Program-made: the position numbers and the translations under genes | Assembly (NCBI GenBank): GCA_048772705.1 | Contig: JBLWGC010000035.1 | Coordinates: 248,001-312,000, forward strand | Direction: 5' to 3' | Length of the DNA: 64,000 nt | From: Leidyana gryllorum EB-2025a | Lineage: Eukaryota > Protista > Apicomplexa | Notes under the pieces: model-generated | What the model was told of the DNA's origin: nothing | What the model saw: the letters and a program-made list of their open reading frames with translations, nothing else | Databases searched by the model: none | Part shown: one piece after another, positions 47,389-59,812 of the stretch | Layout of the letters: each line of letters starts with the position of its first letter | How positions within the stretch are numbered: position 1 is the first letter of the stretch

Positions 47389-50300
47389 ATGGACCAACAA
47401 AAGCGGCCCCGCAAACGGGCCCGTGTAGACACAACCACCGGTGCAACGATCACAGGAACACCCACAACTGAACAAGCAATCCCTCCCGTCTCAACCGCAG
47501 AAGCCGTATCCGATTGCTTCGTCGATATTGCGAGCTCCTTCCCTCCAAGTGAACAATGTACTGCCGACCCCACCTCAATACTGAATACCATCAATGCATG
47601 CTATCGTCACCTGGAAGAAGACCCTCCAAGTCTTCTCAGTGACCATCAGACTCTGTCGTGAGCTATAAAGACATTCTCGGCACGATGTTGACATCCGGGC
47701 CTTTTCAGAACCATTCGATCCGCCTTGCAAGTGGCGCCTGCTCTGTGGTCCGAACAGAGCATAGTCAAGGTAACGAGAGCTTGTCTCGCTCATTCGCGTC
47801 TACCTATGTCTTCCCTCTCTGCAGGCCTTTCAGACCTTCACTGCTCGCTTCGCTCACCTCTTCGAGACGCTCGAGACCCCAAGGTGGGTTTCAGGGAAGT
47901 TGGCAATGTCCACATCGATGTAGTGAAATAGGTCATCTAATTGGATGGCTAACCGTCTTTACCTCCTTTCGGGTTCATAAGAGTCCAGCCCTGCATCCCA
48001 CGTGTCTGCGATTCCTCTTGGACGCCCTTCGACGGTACCTAACCACTACAATATACGAGCCCATCACAAGACGCCGGACTACCGCTAGTCTCCACGCAGA
48101 GACAACTCACCGAGGCCGACAAGTTCCCCACCCAGTCCATCCGAGACTGCCGTCTCCCCTCACTGCGGAAGGATGGGACCAATTACAACGTCTCTTAGAC
48201 ACTCTGCGCTTGGCGATTGAAGCTCGACAAATCGGCCGTTCCGAGCTCACTCCTGTACTGCATCTCTTTTGCACTCTCTACTTGCTCTCTGACGATGAGA
48301 TTGATGATCTCGGTGCAAACGCTGCCAACGAGACTCAGGTCTTGGCTGTGGAAGGCCTCCTACAGGTAAGAGACGGCTCGCTCTCCTCACTTTTCGACGT
48401 CTGCCCATCGTCCACGAGGGGCATAACGGCATCACACCCACGCACGCTATCCCATCCCTTCGATTCTCGTCTTACTATGCCTCGCAGGTTGTGCGGAGTG
48501 GAGTGGCAAATTTGGACGACATCATCGAGTTGGTGGTCGAACGTGTCGTTCTGCACGAGCTTCCGTATACCTCAGTGAATGGAAGTCGCACAGGGGGCTC
48601 GGCCAGCAAGTTTGTGGCCTCCGATGGGACGAAAGTCCACCGAGTGACAGCGTTGTTGAGCGGGTAAGCAGTAGGCTGACTCAACGGACGAGCTGGTCAC
48701 AATGTTTATCCACTCTTTGTTCAGATTGATGGTGGCCAGCGTATCGTCATCGCGGCGGCCTCCCCCAACAAGCGTAGATCTCCCTCGTAAAGCGCGGAAG
48801 AGTTTGCAGAGTGTGTTGCAATTGGGCACTTGGCCCGGACCACCGTCATTATCGCCGGTCTCATCTCATCTATGGCGTCTCTGCGACTTGAAGAGTTGGT
48901 GGCACAGCTTGAAGAAGAAAGCAGAGAATCTGTCTGATCAACTGTTCGCCATCATGTTGCCTCAAATCGGCGGTGGTATGCAGACATCTGAGGCACAAAC
49001 CTTCTTCAAGGGGCGTGCAGCGATGGTGCGGACATACCTCCACGATTTGGCTCAATCGGCGTCGTCCCCGTGCCATCCAATCAATCACCACCTCATTCTC
49101 GCCGCCTTAGATACGTTGGCGAGACTGAGCTATCACGAGCAGCCAAAGTCGCTGTCTGTCCTGAGTCAATGTTATACCGAGTTAGCTAGAGAGAGTTACG
49201 GTATCGCTTCCAATCTGCAAGAGACATTGAGGCGTCAGAAGATCCCTCAACTCCGCGGCAGTTCTACTTGCTATTGTGGTCTGGCAGCAGACCACTCTGC
49301 GATCAGTCTGGCCTCCGGACCACAACCGATACTGCGGTGCACCACCTGCGGACAAATTGCGCATCTTTCTTGCGTCCCTCGCGAAGAGGCCTCACCCCGA
49401 TGGGTGTGTTTGTTATGTCAGCTGATTGTGAACGGTCGTTTGGCTGGCGAACTCGTGCTGAACGACTTTGCGTCACGATTCTGGGATAAGCGTCCTCGTC
49501 TTGGGACTCTCTTGCGAAGACTGAGTACCGACACCACCACAACTGCTGTTGAAGTGTTTGGCGCTGCTACGTTCCCCGAAGACGCCATCCGCCACGAGTG
49601 GTGGCTATTGGTCAATCTCTTGAGCCTCTTGCCCACCACACTCACCCGCGAGGCGATACTGTCCATCATGACCAACAGCATCCCAGAGATTAGCGCAGCT
49701 GAACCTGACCCTGTCCCCGAGCCCCCGCCTCGTCCAGAAGAACGACCTCCATCGCCACCGGTAGAGGCAGTCGCAACAAGACGTAGCAGTCGGAAACGGC
49801 GACGAGTACCAGCGGGGAATGAAGAAGACCCTCAAGAACCGGCTGTTAAACGAGAACGACGGGAAAGTCATGTGGCGGAAGCCATGGTCAAGAGTGAGAT
49901 GCTCGGGGCCGCTTTCGATGCCGATGATCGAGGGGTGTGTGTGCCGCTCGAGGACATCGGAGAGGATCTTCTGAGATACAGCGTCATCTGTTATGATGCC
50001 GGCTGCGACATCTCGGCCCTCATAGTCCTGCCGCCACATCGAGCTTCGCAAATATGGCTGACGTGCCTGGATCTGCCCGGGTCTGACCTAAGTGTGAAAC
50101 TCGAGATAGCTAAGAAACGCTTCATGAACATAGTATTGGCCAAGTTATTCTCAACTCTGAGCGCAGCAGCCCACCTATCGCAGGCTCGGCTCGCCGAGAC
50201 TCTCGTCCACAGTTTGACAGATATGATGATATCCGTAAAAGGATCTTCCCTGAAAGAGATACGTGTTGAGCTGAAGAATCTGTATGAAGAGTTCCTCTCT

Positions 50301-53300
50301 GGTCCGAAAGCGGGTCCTCTCGTGAAACGCGCGCTGATCAATTCATTGATCAAATTTCTACAGAAAGAGGCTTTGTCAATCTTTCATCCCACCCGAGAGA
50401 AATGTTTCGGTGGGGTCAGCGTCCCGCCCAGTCTCTTCCCATATCTCCCCTCGGCGGATGGCGGACCGGGGCTGGAATGGCCGCTTATGCATTCGGAGGG
50501 CGAGATTACGGCACCGAATCCCGTTAAAGAGGACGAATGGCGCCGTTTCGTCGAGTTTGTCACATGGGCTACACGGGTGTGTCTCGCTCGAGCGGTGCAA
50601 CGAAGCTCCATAACGGTCCGGTCCGCTGCCTGGCGCCTTATCAGCCTAAGTCTGTACTGTCTGCCCTTCGAGAAGGCGGTGAGAGGTTTATTGGAGCGCC
50701 TTCTGGTCAACATCAACAACGAGGACTCAGGGGCGGTCCGCGATTCCAATCTCCACACTCTACGGATGCTCACTGTGTCAGAAGCTTCGCAATCCTTCGT
50801 CGACGAGCTCAGAGAACTCATGCCTGCGCCTGAATGGCAGGCAGGAGACACTGTCCCCTCGCTTGAAGGGAGTGATCTCATGATGCCACCCCCCACTGAT
50901 GCAGGGGATAGTGTGAGCGTAGTTACAGCGACAGCTGTGACAGGTGGTAGCGGAAGCGCCACTGGCACCACCGAGTGGCCTCTTCTCTACCAATACTGTC
51001 ACACAATCGTATCATTGGCGCTTTTGGGCGAGAAACACGAAGTCAGTGTCATTCAAGATGACGGGACTGAGCTGACGCTTTTGGGGGCGTTGGTGGGATC
51101 TCACGGAAAGGAGGTGTCTTCTGAGAATGTCAAGGAGTTAATCGGCTTATTGATAACATTCTTTGCATTCTGCAAGAATGTGCCCAACACTCGCCGATGT
51201 CAGCGTTATGCGTTAAAGATGATCCAAGCTTTCCAGAAGGCAGCACCGGCGGGGGCTATATTACAGGTTGTCCCCTTCGCATTACCGTATGTCGCCAGTG
51301 TCCCAGCGAATGCTGCAGCGGGTCAACTGACAGCCGAAATCTGCGATTTGTTGGCGAAAGTATTGGAAAACAGTCCCGGAGTTCTGGGTACAGCACAAGG
51401 GGTTCGACGGAGACTGCAGTCTGAAATTCTCAAACTCACGCGCGTGCGGGGTATCTGCGGGCGCTCAGCAGTATGTCTCTTATGTAAAATATTGTCGACT
51501 GTCACTGGAGACTATGCTACAGTCCTTCCTGCTCTCATTAGCAAAGACGTGTGCATTCTCACCCGGAGTTTACATCAAAACGCGCAGGCGTTGGCTGTTA
51601 TAGCGCCAGATGCCAGCCCGAGCTCGAAGATTCGGGTCATAAAGTGCTTACTGGACTCTCCTCTCTTTGTTGATCGGAACACTGAAGTACTGAAGCATGG
51701 ATTATTACGCTTGGGTGGAGTTCTCGAATCATTAGATTTGCCCTCTGTCATTGGGACAACATCTTCGGTCAATGGAAGTGATAGTGAGGGACACCAATTG
51801 GCTTCAATCGCTGAGGGGTCTCCCAGCAATCAGCCAGTTCGGACTCCCATCCGCGCCGGAGTGGAGGGCAGCGGCCAAGGGAAACTGCTTCCAGTGGAGC
51901 TTGTAAGCGAGTGGATGACTCCCGAGCCGGGTGTGAGCTTGATGCCTCTGCCGTCCAATGGTACACATGCGTTGATCGCCATTTACGATATGTTATGTGA
52001 TATATTCCTCGAAATCCGCGAGCTGCGGGAGCACACTGATGCTGTGCTCCTCAGTTCGTCGACTTTCGAGGCGTCCGGTTCAAGGCTCCCTTCCACGCCG
52101 GATATCCATTCACTGAGCGATCATATATTGGCGCTGGAGAAACGATTGGGTCCATACCTCCTCGACTGCATCACTTCCATCATTGGACGCCATCACGATT
52201 TGGTCAGCAGTTCTCGCTTAGCTCGGATGCTCGAGTTTGCCCTCGATCGTACCAGATCCGACCAAGTCCGGATTGCGGGTCTCTCGTTGATGGTATCAGC
52301 CGTCAAAGTCCCCCCTCCAGGAACAGCAGCTGCCTCGCTGCTTGTCGGGTCCTCACGAGGTACCACTCCGGCAACATTGGGTGTCAAGTCTACCTCCATG
52401 TTGAGTGGGCCGACAGGAACCCGACAAAACCGCGCCCAGGTCACTCAACCATTGGTTCAGCACCTTCCAGCGGTGGCAGCCGGGCTGCTGCATCTCCATT
52501 CCGTTCCACTGTTGCCGATGACGCTGGCGACAACTGTATCCCAACCATTGGATGAGAACACCGCCAACTGCAGTTCCGTAGCTATAAAGTCTTTGGAGTT
52601 TCTGTCAGAAGTCATAGCTCAAGGGCTGGTCTCCGTCAGTGACCTGTTCCAATACGTCAGTCCAGCTTTCGTTGTGGGTCCATGGCAAGTGGAAACCAAA
52701 GCTCGACATTTGGCCTCCGTAAGCAAATCCGTTTCAGTCACCCACACACTCACAATTGTTTGCAGAGAGTGCTCAGCTCCACAAAGGATCCCGCGGCAGT
52801 GATTCGGAGGAAGATGGGATTCGCCTGTTTCAGCGGATTTGTTGTCTTCTCCAGACGATACGAGAGGACGACACAGCTCGAAGAAAGCTGGGCGTTGACC
52901 GACATTGATTATCTGACCGTATTCCGTACCTTGGGGCTGTGGTACGAAGAATTCGCCCGGCGCAAAGTGGTGCTACGGTCAGCCTTTCTCGAAAGCGTGG
53001 TGTGCAGTTGGAACAAATTGGTCAATCTCAACGAGGTGTCGACATTGGTGTCGAGCCTTATTGAAGATCGCGAGCGCATACTCGATTTCCGACCAAAAGT
53101 CAATCCTACGCCGCCCCAACGCACACTGGATCTTCTCCTCTTTGTCGCCTCTTACAGCGCCTATCTCGGGTCCCTGCTGATGGCTTTGCCATATGGACAC
53201 CTCGGGGAGGTTCAGGAAGTTCTGATCGCAGTTGACGCAGTCTTGGCTCCACTGAGAGTCCAACTCCGGTGCGAAGATGTTGGAGATTGGAAAGGGGATG

Positions 53301-54007
53301 ATGTGGAGGAAGGCGGCCAGAGTGATAACGAGGCGGAGACGGGGAAGGAGGATCGGGTTGAAGGCGACAGCGCGGGTGAGGGGAAAGCAGCTAATCGCAG
53401 TCGGCGAGACTCTCTCACTGGAGGAGAAGAGGGGGCGACTGATTGGAATCTACAATTCAAGAAACTGTCTCTTGCCGTTTTGGGGGCAGCCGGGTGCTTC
53501 CTGAAACGCGATCTCATGAAGGCTTTCAGAATCAGTGATTTGAAGGAGCTGCAGAAGAAGAAACTCACAAACAAAGAGGGCGAGGGCAAACAATTCTATT
53601 ACGATGGAGGTGACTCGAGTGGTTCTGGCTATGTGAACTCTCAGGACCGATGTTTCTCAATTATCGACTTCACACGCGCTATCAGTCCGATTCTGGATGC
53701 TGTCAATGAAGATTTATTGGCATCGGAGGACGGCCTGAACACGCTGCAGGTGGACGGTATCATAAACACCCAAGTTCTGCCCCTGATGCAGTCAGATCAC
53801 TATCGCGATACTGTAGTCCCAACGAGTCGGGCCACCAGTCGCGGGGCCCGACAACGCCCGAAAGCCAAGTCTCGCGCCGCCCAGCCAGTGAGGAGACGGC
53901 AACACAAAGATACCGATAACGAAGACGGCAGCAGCAGCCAGTCCGATCCACTAAACTTTCTGGAAGATGACAACTCTGGTGGTGGCTCCTCTGATATGGC
54001 CGACTGA
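47389..54007 (+). CDS. SCC2: Cohesin loader Scc2/NIPBL-like HEAT protein with internal PHD finger, multi-exon
   Basis: SITVRSAAW, EDSGAVRDS, LSEVIAQGLV, LMALPYGHLGEVQEVL, FLKRDLMKAFRISD resemble Nipped-B_C motifs; C4HC3 at 49269-49418. 5' exon structure uncertain. Confidence 0.72.
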
Positions 54008-54069
54008 AAGAGAGAGCGCGCGACGGAGAGATGGATGGATACCATACCAGCAGCAGCCAGTATATTGAT

Positions 54070-56960
54070 TCAAGAGGAGACTACCACCATACTTCGATCT
54101 TTGTTCAGCGTGATTGAATTTGAGATGGGATCTTTATTGGGGCTAATGCTGACACTTGAGAGTGGATAATTGCTCTGCCGTCGCTGGCGAGTGCTTCCTT
54201 TGGGCGTCCGCATCTTGATGTCAATCAACAAACCTGTCCAAGGCACCTGCTGCATCGAGGTGTCATAGAGGGGCAGCCACCGAAGTCTGCGAGCGAGTAT
54301 TGGAGAACAAAGAGGAATGACCGACCCTGTTCGAATATGTGTCACCGGCACAGCATTGCAAGCCATCAACTGAGGCTTGACTCCGTCATGTAACAGAACC
54401 TCAATGACCAACGTCGAGACTGCTGGGTTCTGTACACAGAATCTGTTGGAGAGGGAGGGAGAGTGAGTGAGTCAGTCGGTCGGTCCTTGGTCCAAGAAGA
54501 GACTTACACCAGAGGTTCTTGTGCACACCAGTCGCAGCCGCCTAGGTCAGGCTTGGCTACTTTGGTCTCGAGTACTTTGAGCTCTCGATCACTCCTCAAT
54601 GACACACTCAGATAGGGCGAAACGGAATCGATTCCTCTTCGCTTTGGAACTTGGCGGCCGTATACGAACTGAGATGGCCATTTAAGGCGAAGAAGGGCGA
54701 AGGAGGGGGCTTACCTTGAATTGGAGATCCACAGGCTGATGTTTGCTATCCTGACCCAGCAGCTGTGATGGCTTGAGAACATAGCCAGTTCCACCATTTT
54801 CGGCGAATCGAGCATTACTGATCAATTTTCCCATACCGTGCAGAAAGTGGGGAACACTACAAATCTGGACTCCTGCCGCCCAATATTCAGTCGGATCCAA
54901 ATCTTTGCAATAGATTCCCGCTTCATTAGGAATCACAATTGACATTGTCGTCCGGTGTGCTTCCACCACATCGCTCTGCTTGCCTATGATTTCGCTCATT
55001 TGGGGGGCTGTTGTCACTCCAATGGATCGTTCTCGAGAGGGAACACTCGCAGCTGCAAAGCATTTTGTCGGCAAACCGACCATTTCTTCATATTGGGCCG
55101 CCTCTCCACTCAGCGGAGCGCGTCGTAACAATCCCTTGACGGGTGAATCTGGCGCCTTTCGGTTAGCCAACAAACGGGGCGATAGAGGGTGCACTGGCGG
55201 CTGCAACGCGGGAAGGGGGTCCCAAATCTCGGCAACCCCCTTTTCCATTTGAACCTGCTGCTTCCGAAACTGAAATCGCAACGGCTCATGTTTGGCAGCC
55301 CGCCACTGATGCCTCCTCACCGAATGCTCCTCATTGGCAGCGACGGTCACTAACGGCTGAAATTCGGCCATCACCATCGGTGCAATTACCACCACCCGGC
55401 GCTGTAAAGACAGCGGCGTCCAATTTAGATTCAATTCGTCCTTGGTGACCAGCATCGCCTTGAAGACACGCATCGTCACCGACGCAGTTCGTGCCCTCAG
55501 AATAGCCGAGCAATCAATAGAGTATTGTAGAAATATGGGAAATGGATTATGCTGTATTTGTAGTGTAATTCGTAAAACCGGGGCACACCACAAAGTCTCT
55601 CACCTGGAACCCTTGATCTCTAATGAGTTTCAGAATACTTTCTAATGGAGTTCTCAGCGGGGAGTGAGGTTCTTGAGACACTTCCGGTTCCGAATTCTCG
55701 TCCTCTGTGATCTCAAAGTGAAAATGGCGGACACCGCTGCTCAAAAGATCTTTGACACATGCGACTGGTGATAGGCACTGCCCGATTGGTGTGCAGCTGA
55801 TCCCAGCTTTGAACGCCCCGGATATCCAGTAATGTGTGAGGGGTTGATCCATATCTTGATACTGTGTCAATTTGTCGGGTTTGATACAGCTGTTGACACT
55901 GCTCGTTGCTAAGAGACAGAAGCCGAGGAAGGTGACTTTGGTGTTCTCCCGGAATACGGCTGGCAGATGGGGAATTGCCTCTTCCCATCTGCGAACTTCC
56001 GCATCATCGGCGTGTTGGAAGTCTTTCAAGAAGCTCGAGAGCTCATCTGTGTCCAGATATCCGGTCTGTTCGGTCTGATATTCTTCGAAATTTGTCGCGA
56101 GTTCGGGCACAGCGATAATGGAATTCAGCAGCTGCATGAAGGAGACGGGTGTTTGCGAGGGAGACGGCGCGCGGGGGTACTTTTCAACGTACAGTGCAGA
56201 AGTCAGCATATACCAAGTTGTATGAGCCGTCTCGATTGCAGAACTCAAAGACGTCTCGAATATAACGAACGTCTGCTTTGATCCCCATTCTCTCCAAAAT
56301 CCGAATGGCTTGGATAAAGGTCATTGTGCCGGCCTCTGTGAGTGGGGCGTGCGACCACATTTCTCGGGACCCTGGATGTTCAATAACTGCACTCTCCGAT
56401 CCGACTAAACTTGCAGCTTTTGACTGTGCATACGTCAGTCCTCTGAACCACAATCGCCAGTCTTCCTTTTTCTCGCAGACAAGTCGTAGCTTCCGCGAGC
56501 CTCCAATGATTTCTATGCCCAATTCTTGCTCACTTTCATCCTTGTCCTGCGCGGGCAATGTGACACGAATTCCACTTCCACAGTGCCGTCAACGGCGGGC
56601 TCACCTTGAAGAACGGAGAGTCCTCTCCCTTGAGTATCTCTTTGACGTCGGCGAGGACAATCTTTGTTTTGTGAGGGGGGCGCTTAGGGCTATCCCAGAC
56701 CAGGAATAGCGAATTGAAGTCCACACGGAAAGGCCTGACATGAACCTGTGTGTATTAGAGCGACCTGGCGGCGAGGTGTCAGGGCAGGGGCAACTCACCG
56801 ATCGCCATGGCCTCCTCTTTGTGTATTTCTTCAGGTCCCCGCCTGCACGAACATAGGCGACGGCCACTTTGAGGTCGGGCTCTACATCGTGGGTGGTTAA
56901 AGCGGTGGTAAGTAGACTGATTGGAGGTGCGGGGTCATCGCCGCTCACAGAAGCTACCAT
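54070..56960 (-). CDS. PI-phospholipase C delta-like protein (PH, EF-hand, X, Y, C2), catalytic residues apparently lost; multi-exon
   Basis: PH (LVWDS...WRLWFRGL), QDMDQPLTHYWIS, PFPIFLQYSIDCS, FAENGGTGYVLKP, C2 end HIRTG...IPL. Confidence 0.85.
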
Positions 56961-56986
56961 TCATCAAGGTTTTTTTCAAGAACACC

Positions 56987-57006
56987 ATCAATCAATCAAT
57001 CAATCA
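56987..57006. repeat. (ATCA)5 microsatellite at the NOP56 stop
   Basis: Directly visible. Confidence 0.85.
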
Positions 57007-58439
57007 ATGTACGGACGCAGCTGCCAACTGCATCACAGCAATATTTGTTCTGGGAACAACGCCGTCTGCCAAGAACTTCAGCCGCTCTTCCACCTGCTCC
57101 TTCATCAAATGGCCATAAGCAGCGCGTCTGGCCTGGTCATCGGTACTGGTGAAAGCGTCTATTCTTGCGGCCATAGCGATCTTGTTGGCCAGATAACGAG
57201 AGATACGGCCCTTGTTTTTGGTCGAAGCCCGGCCAATGAACGAGGACTGGAACAACAGACCATATTTCGGCGTTGGACCACGAGCCTTGAGAGCACGGAA
57301 CAGGGCCTTCTCGGCACCCAGAATTTGTACAGTGCTGCTGGGAGCCTTGGCGAGGTTTGTGAGACCTCCCGCTTGAGTGATCAAACGAGCAGCCAGAGTT
57401 TCACCCGTGAGAGCCTTGAGATTCGGGGCCACCAACTCCATCTTATCGGACAGATACTCTCCCAAATTACGTCTCTGGTCGGCCACCTTGATGACTTGCT
57501 GGGCAAAATTGCGAATGTTAATCATATCTGCCTCGTAAATGTCCTGACCCATCGTCGTCTTGAGCGCCTGCTCAATTTGGTCGACCAAATCCTCGTTTCC
57601 GTCCAATATTTCCACCAGTTTGTCCTTGTTGGCGGCGAAATCAAACTCGTCACGGACACCAATCAGAAGAGCGCACTGAGCGAATTTGGCATTATCATTG
57701 ACAATCTTGAGAAGCTCGGGGAAATGCCAGCCATACCACTCGCGAACACGCATGGCGAACTTGTTGACGGCCTTCTCGATCATATCGATCAGGGCGATTG
57801 CTTGTTGGGCGTTCTTGTCTTGACGAGCGGGATCAGACTTTATCTTGGAGCGAGAGTAGGCGTGGCCAAGACCAACTTGGTAAATGCGCGATGTCTTGGC
57901 ATCAATGGCCGGCACGAGACTGCAACAACGAAAAATGAACCCAAATCACACGAAGATTCAACACATCACTCTCAAAGTCGAACTCTACTCACCGGTCGAA
58001 ATGCATACGGCAGCAGCGGACTACTTCGTGGACATCCTTCCCATGGAAGACGGGGAACTCAGCCTTCTTGGCGATGTATTTGGCGAGATCCGAATCGGCA
58101 ATCCCCAGTTGATACTTTTTGGCCTTACGAGGCAGAGTCTGAGTCAGAAAGGCAAGCAGGAGGTCCGTGGCCTCCCCATCCCGCACAGCATTGATGTTCT
58201 CCAGCGCTTCCTCTGCGTTCTTGAACGGAAGCCAGCCCTTACTGGTCAAAGCTTCGGCAAAACTGATACCATCATATACATACGCCACCAATCAATACTT
58301 ACGCAGACGCATCAGCAAGAGCCTTCTGTACGCGGTCAACATCCTGCGCGATCACATCCCACTCTTTCACCAAAGCCACGCAGTATCCAGCTGCGTGCTC
58401 GAGCAAGATGTAAGTCTCCTTCGATGCTGACTTGGGCAT
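57004..58439 (-). CDS. NOP56: Box C/D snoRNP protein Nop56, 3 exons
   Basis: PFKNAEEALENINAV, GLGHAYSR, MRVREWYGWHFPEL, STVQILGAEKALFRALK, GRISRYLANK. Confidence 0.93.
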
Positions 58440-58487
58440 CGCCGGGTTGAGGGATTTTTTATTTTGCGTTTTTGACGCAGTACCGGT

Positions 58488-59404
58488 TTAGAACTCGTCT
58501 TCCAAGTCCACAACCCTCACCTTCTCAGATTCTTTTCCTTGAACACTCCCCCGCAAAGCTTCATTGTTGTTACTATCAGTCTTAGTCTCCGATGCCACGT
58601 CTTCATTACCACCACCTCCACCACTTGTACCAGGATCACTCACCCCCGACTGTTGTGGACTGGGCACCTTCTCGGCAATCTCCTCCGCATCTCCTTTGCT
58701 CGCACTCTCCCGGGCTTTGCGCGCCTCTTGCCGCTCTGCTGCCCCTGCGTTAGCTTTCCGGATAGCCCGATTCACTTTCCGCCTATTCCGTTTCTCCGCT
58801 TTCTTCACTTGACGCTGAAGATTGGCTTGGATACGCGCCTCTCGTCTGAAATCACGTCATAGATCAGTTCTTGTCCTTCCATCAGACATATGCACACTAA
58901 CATCACGCACATAGCACAGGCACGACCCCATTCCCTTTCCGCCGCCCGCATGACCTTCATGGACACCGCGTGGTGGTAAGTACGGCCAGACGCCAAGAGA
59001 CACCAGCACGCGCGCACACGCACATCAGATATGGCTTTTGATATCCCAGATACCACACATACTTCATATAATCCTCGTAAAGGCAAGTAGAGTGTGAGCA
59101 CTTACTGTTTCTGGAAAGCTCGGGCTTCCTCTAATTCTTGCCAATCCTTCTCCATTGCTTCAACGCGGGCCATTTCTCGAGCCCGCTGTTTTCTATATAC
59201 ATGAAAGAAGTCCGAGCCAGCGCCGGCTGTGGATCCCCAAGCCGAACGAACTTTCTCAAGGAGATGGAACCCTTTGTCAGACGGGTTCGTCGGGTCGTTT
59301 CCTATGTTATCATCATCATCAGCTACTAGTCGAGGGGCATGCACTCTTGAACCATCAGGGAGTGTCACCCATTCCAGAGCTCTTCGCTCATGTTCTTCCT
59401 CCAT
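58488..59404 (-). CDS. PRKRIP1: PRKR-interacting protein 1 homolog (DUF1168), intron 58846-59105
   Basis: WGSTAGAGSDFFHVYRKQRAREMAR; splicing gives a continuous 219 aa frame. Confidence 0.88.
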
Positions 59405-59415
59405 TGAATTTTTTA

Positions 59416-59799
59416 CTATCGACCTCGAATCCTACGGGCTAGCTGGATGTCCTTCACCATCAATGTCACTCGTCTTGCATGTAACGCACACAACATAGAG
59501 TCTTCCATCAGTGCTGTCAGATACGCCTCGGCAGCTGTCTGCAAGGTCAACAAACTCTCAGCCGTAAACCGAAGCGAGTTGTTCGGAATCAAACGTAGCG
59601 AGACCTCTCGCACCAAACGAGCAAATGGCAACTTGGGTATCATCAGATCCGTTGAGTTCTGATACTTACGAATCTCCTGAACACCAATCACGCATTTTAG
59701 TTCGGACAACAACCTTTCCCTCACCCGCAACGCCCGCTGCCCGGGCTTCATACGCCTTCGACGTGTCACAGACCCTGCGGTATCCTTTGGGGGGGCCAT
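59416..59799 (-). CDS. CENH3: Centromeric histone H3 variant (48 nt in-frame intron 59677-59724)
   Basis: H3 fold with PFARLVRE (H3 Q68 replaced by A), loop 1 two residues longer, RFT instead of RFQ, MEDSMLC, non-H3 N-tail. Confidence 0.85.
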   Translation of the reverse strand: MAPPKDTAGSVTRRRRMKPGQRALRVRERLLSELKCVIGVQEIRKYQNSTDLMIPKLPFARLVREVSLRLIPNNSLRFTAESLLTLQTAAEAYLTALMEDSMLCALHARRVTLMVKDIQLARRIRGR

Positions 59800-59812
59800 A
59801 ATTCACAAATAA

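Noticed and set aside
57921-57992. Intronic C/D snoRNA in NOP56
   Set aside because: No box C RTGATGA / box D CTGA pair in the ~70 nt intron.
56869-58194. 441 aa plus-strand ORF
   Set aside because: Antisense shadow of NOP56; the same applies to most short ORFs opposite the subtilisins, MAK21, SCC2 and gag-pol.
58940-58985. U1 snRNA (TACTTACC...CATGAAGG on the minus strand)
   Set aside because: No U1A loop ATTGCAC, no Sm site and weak stems.
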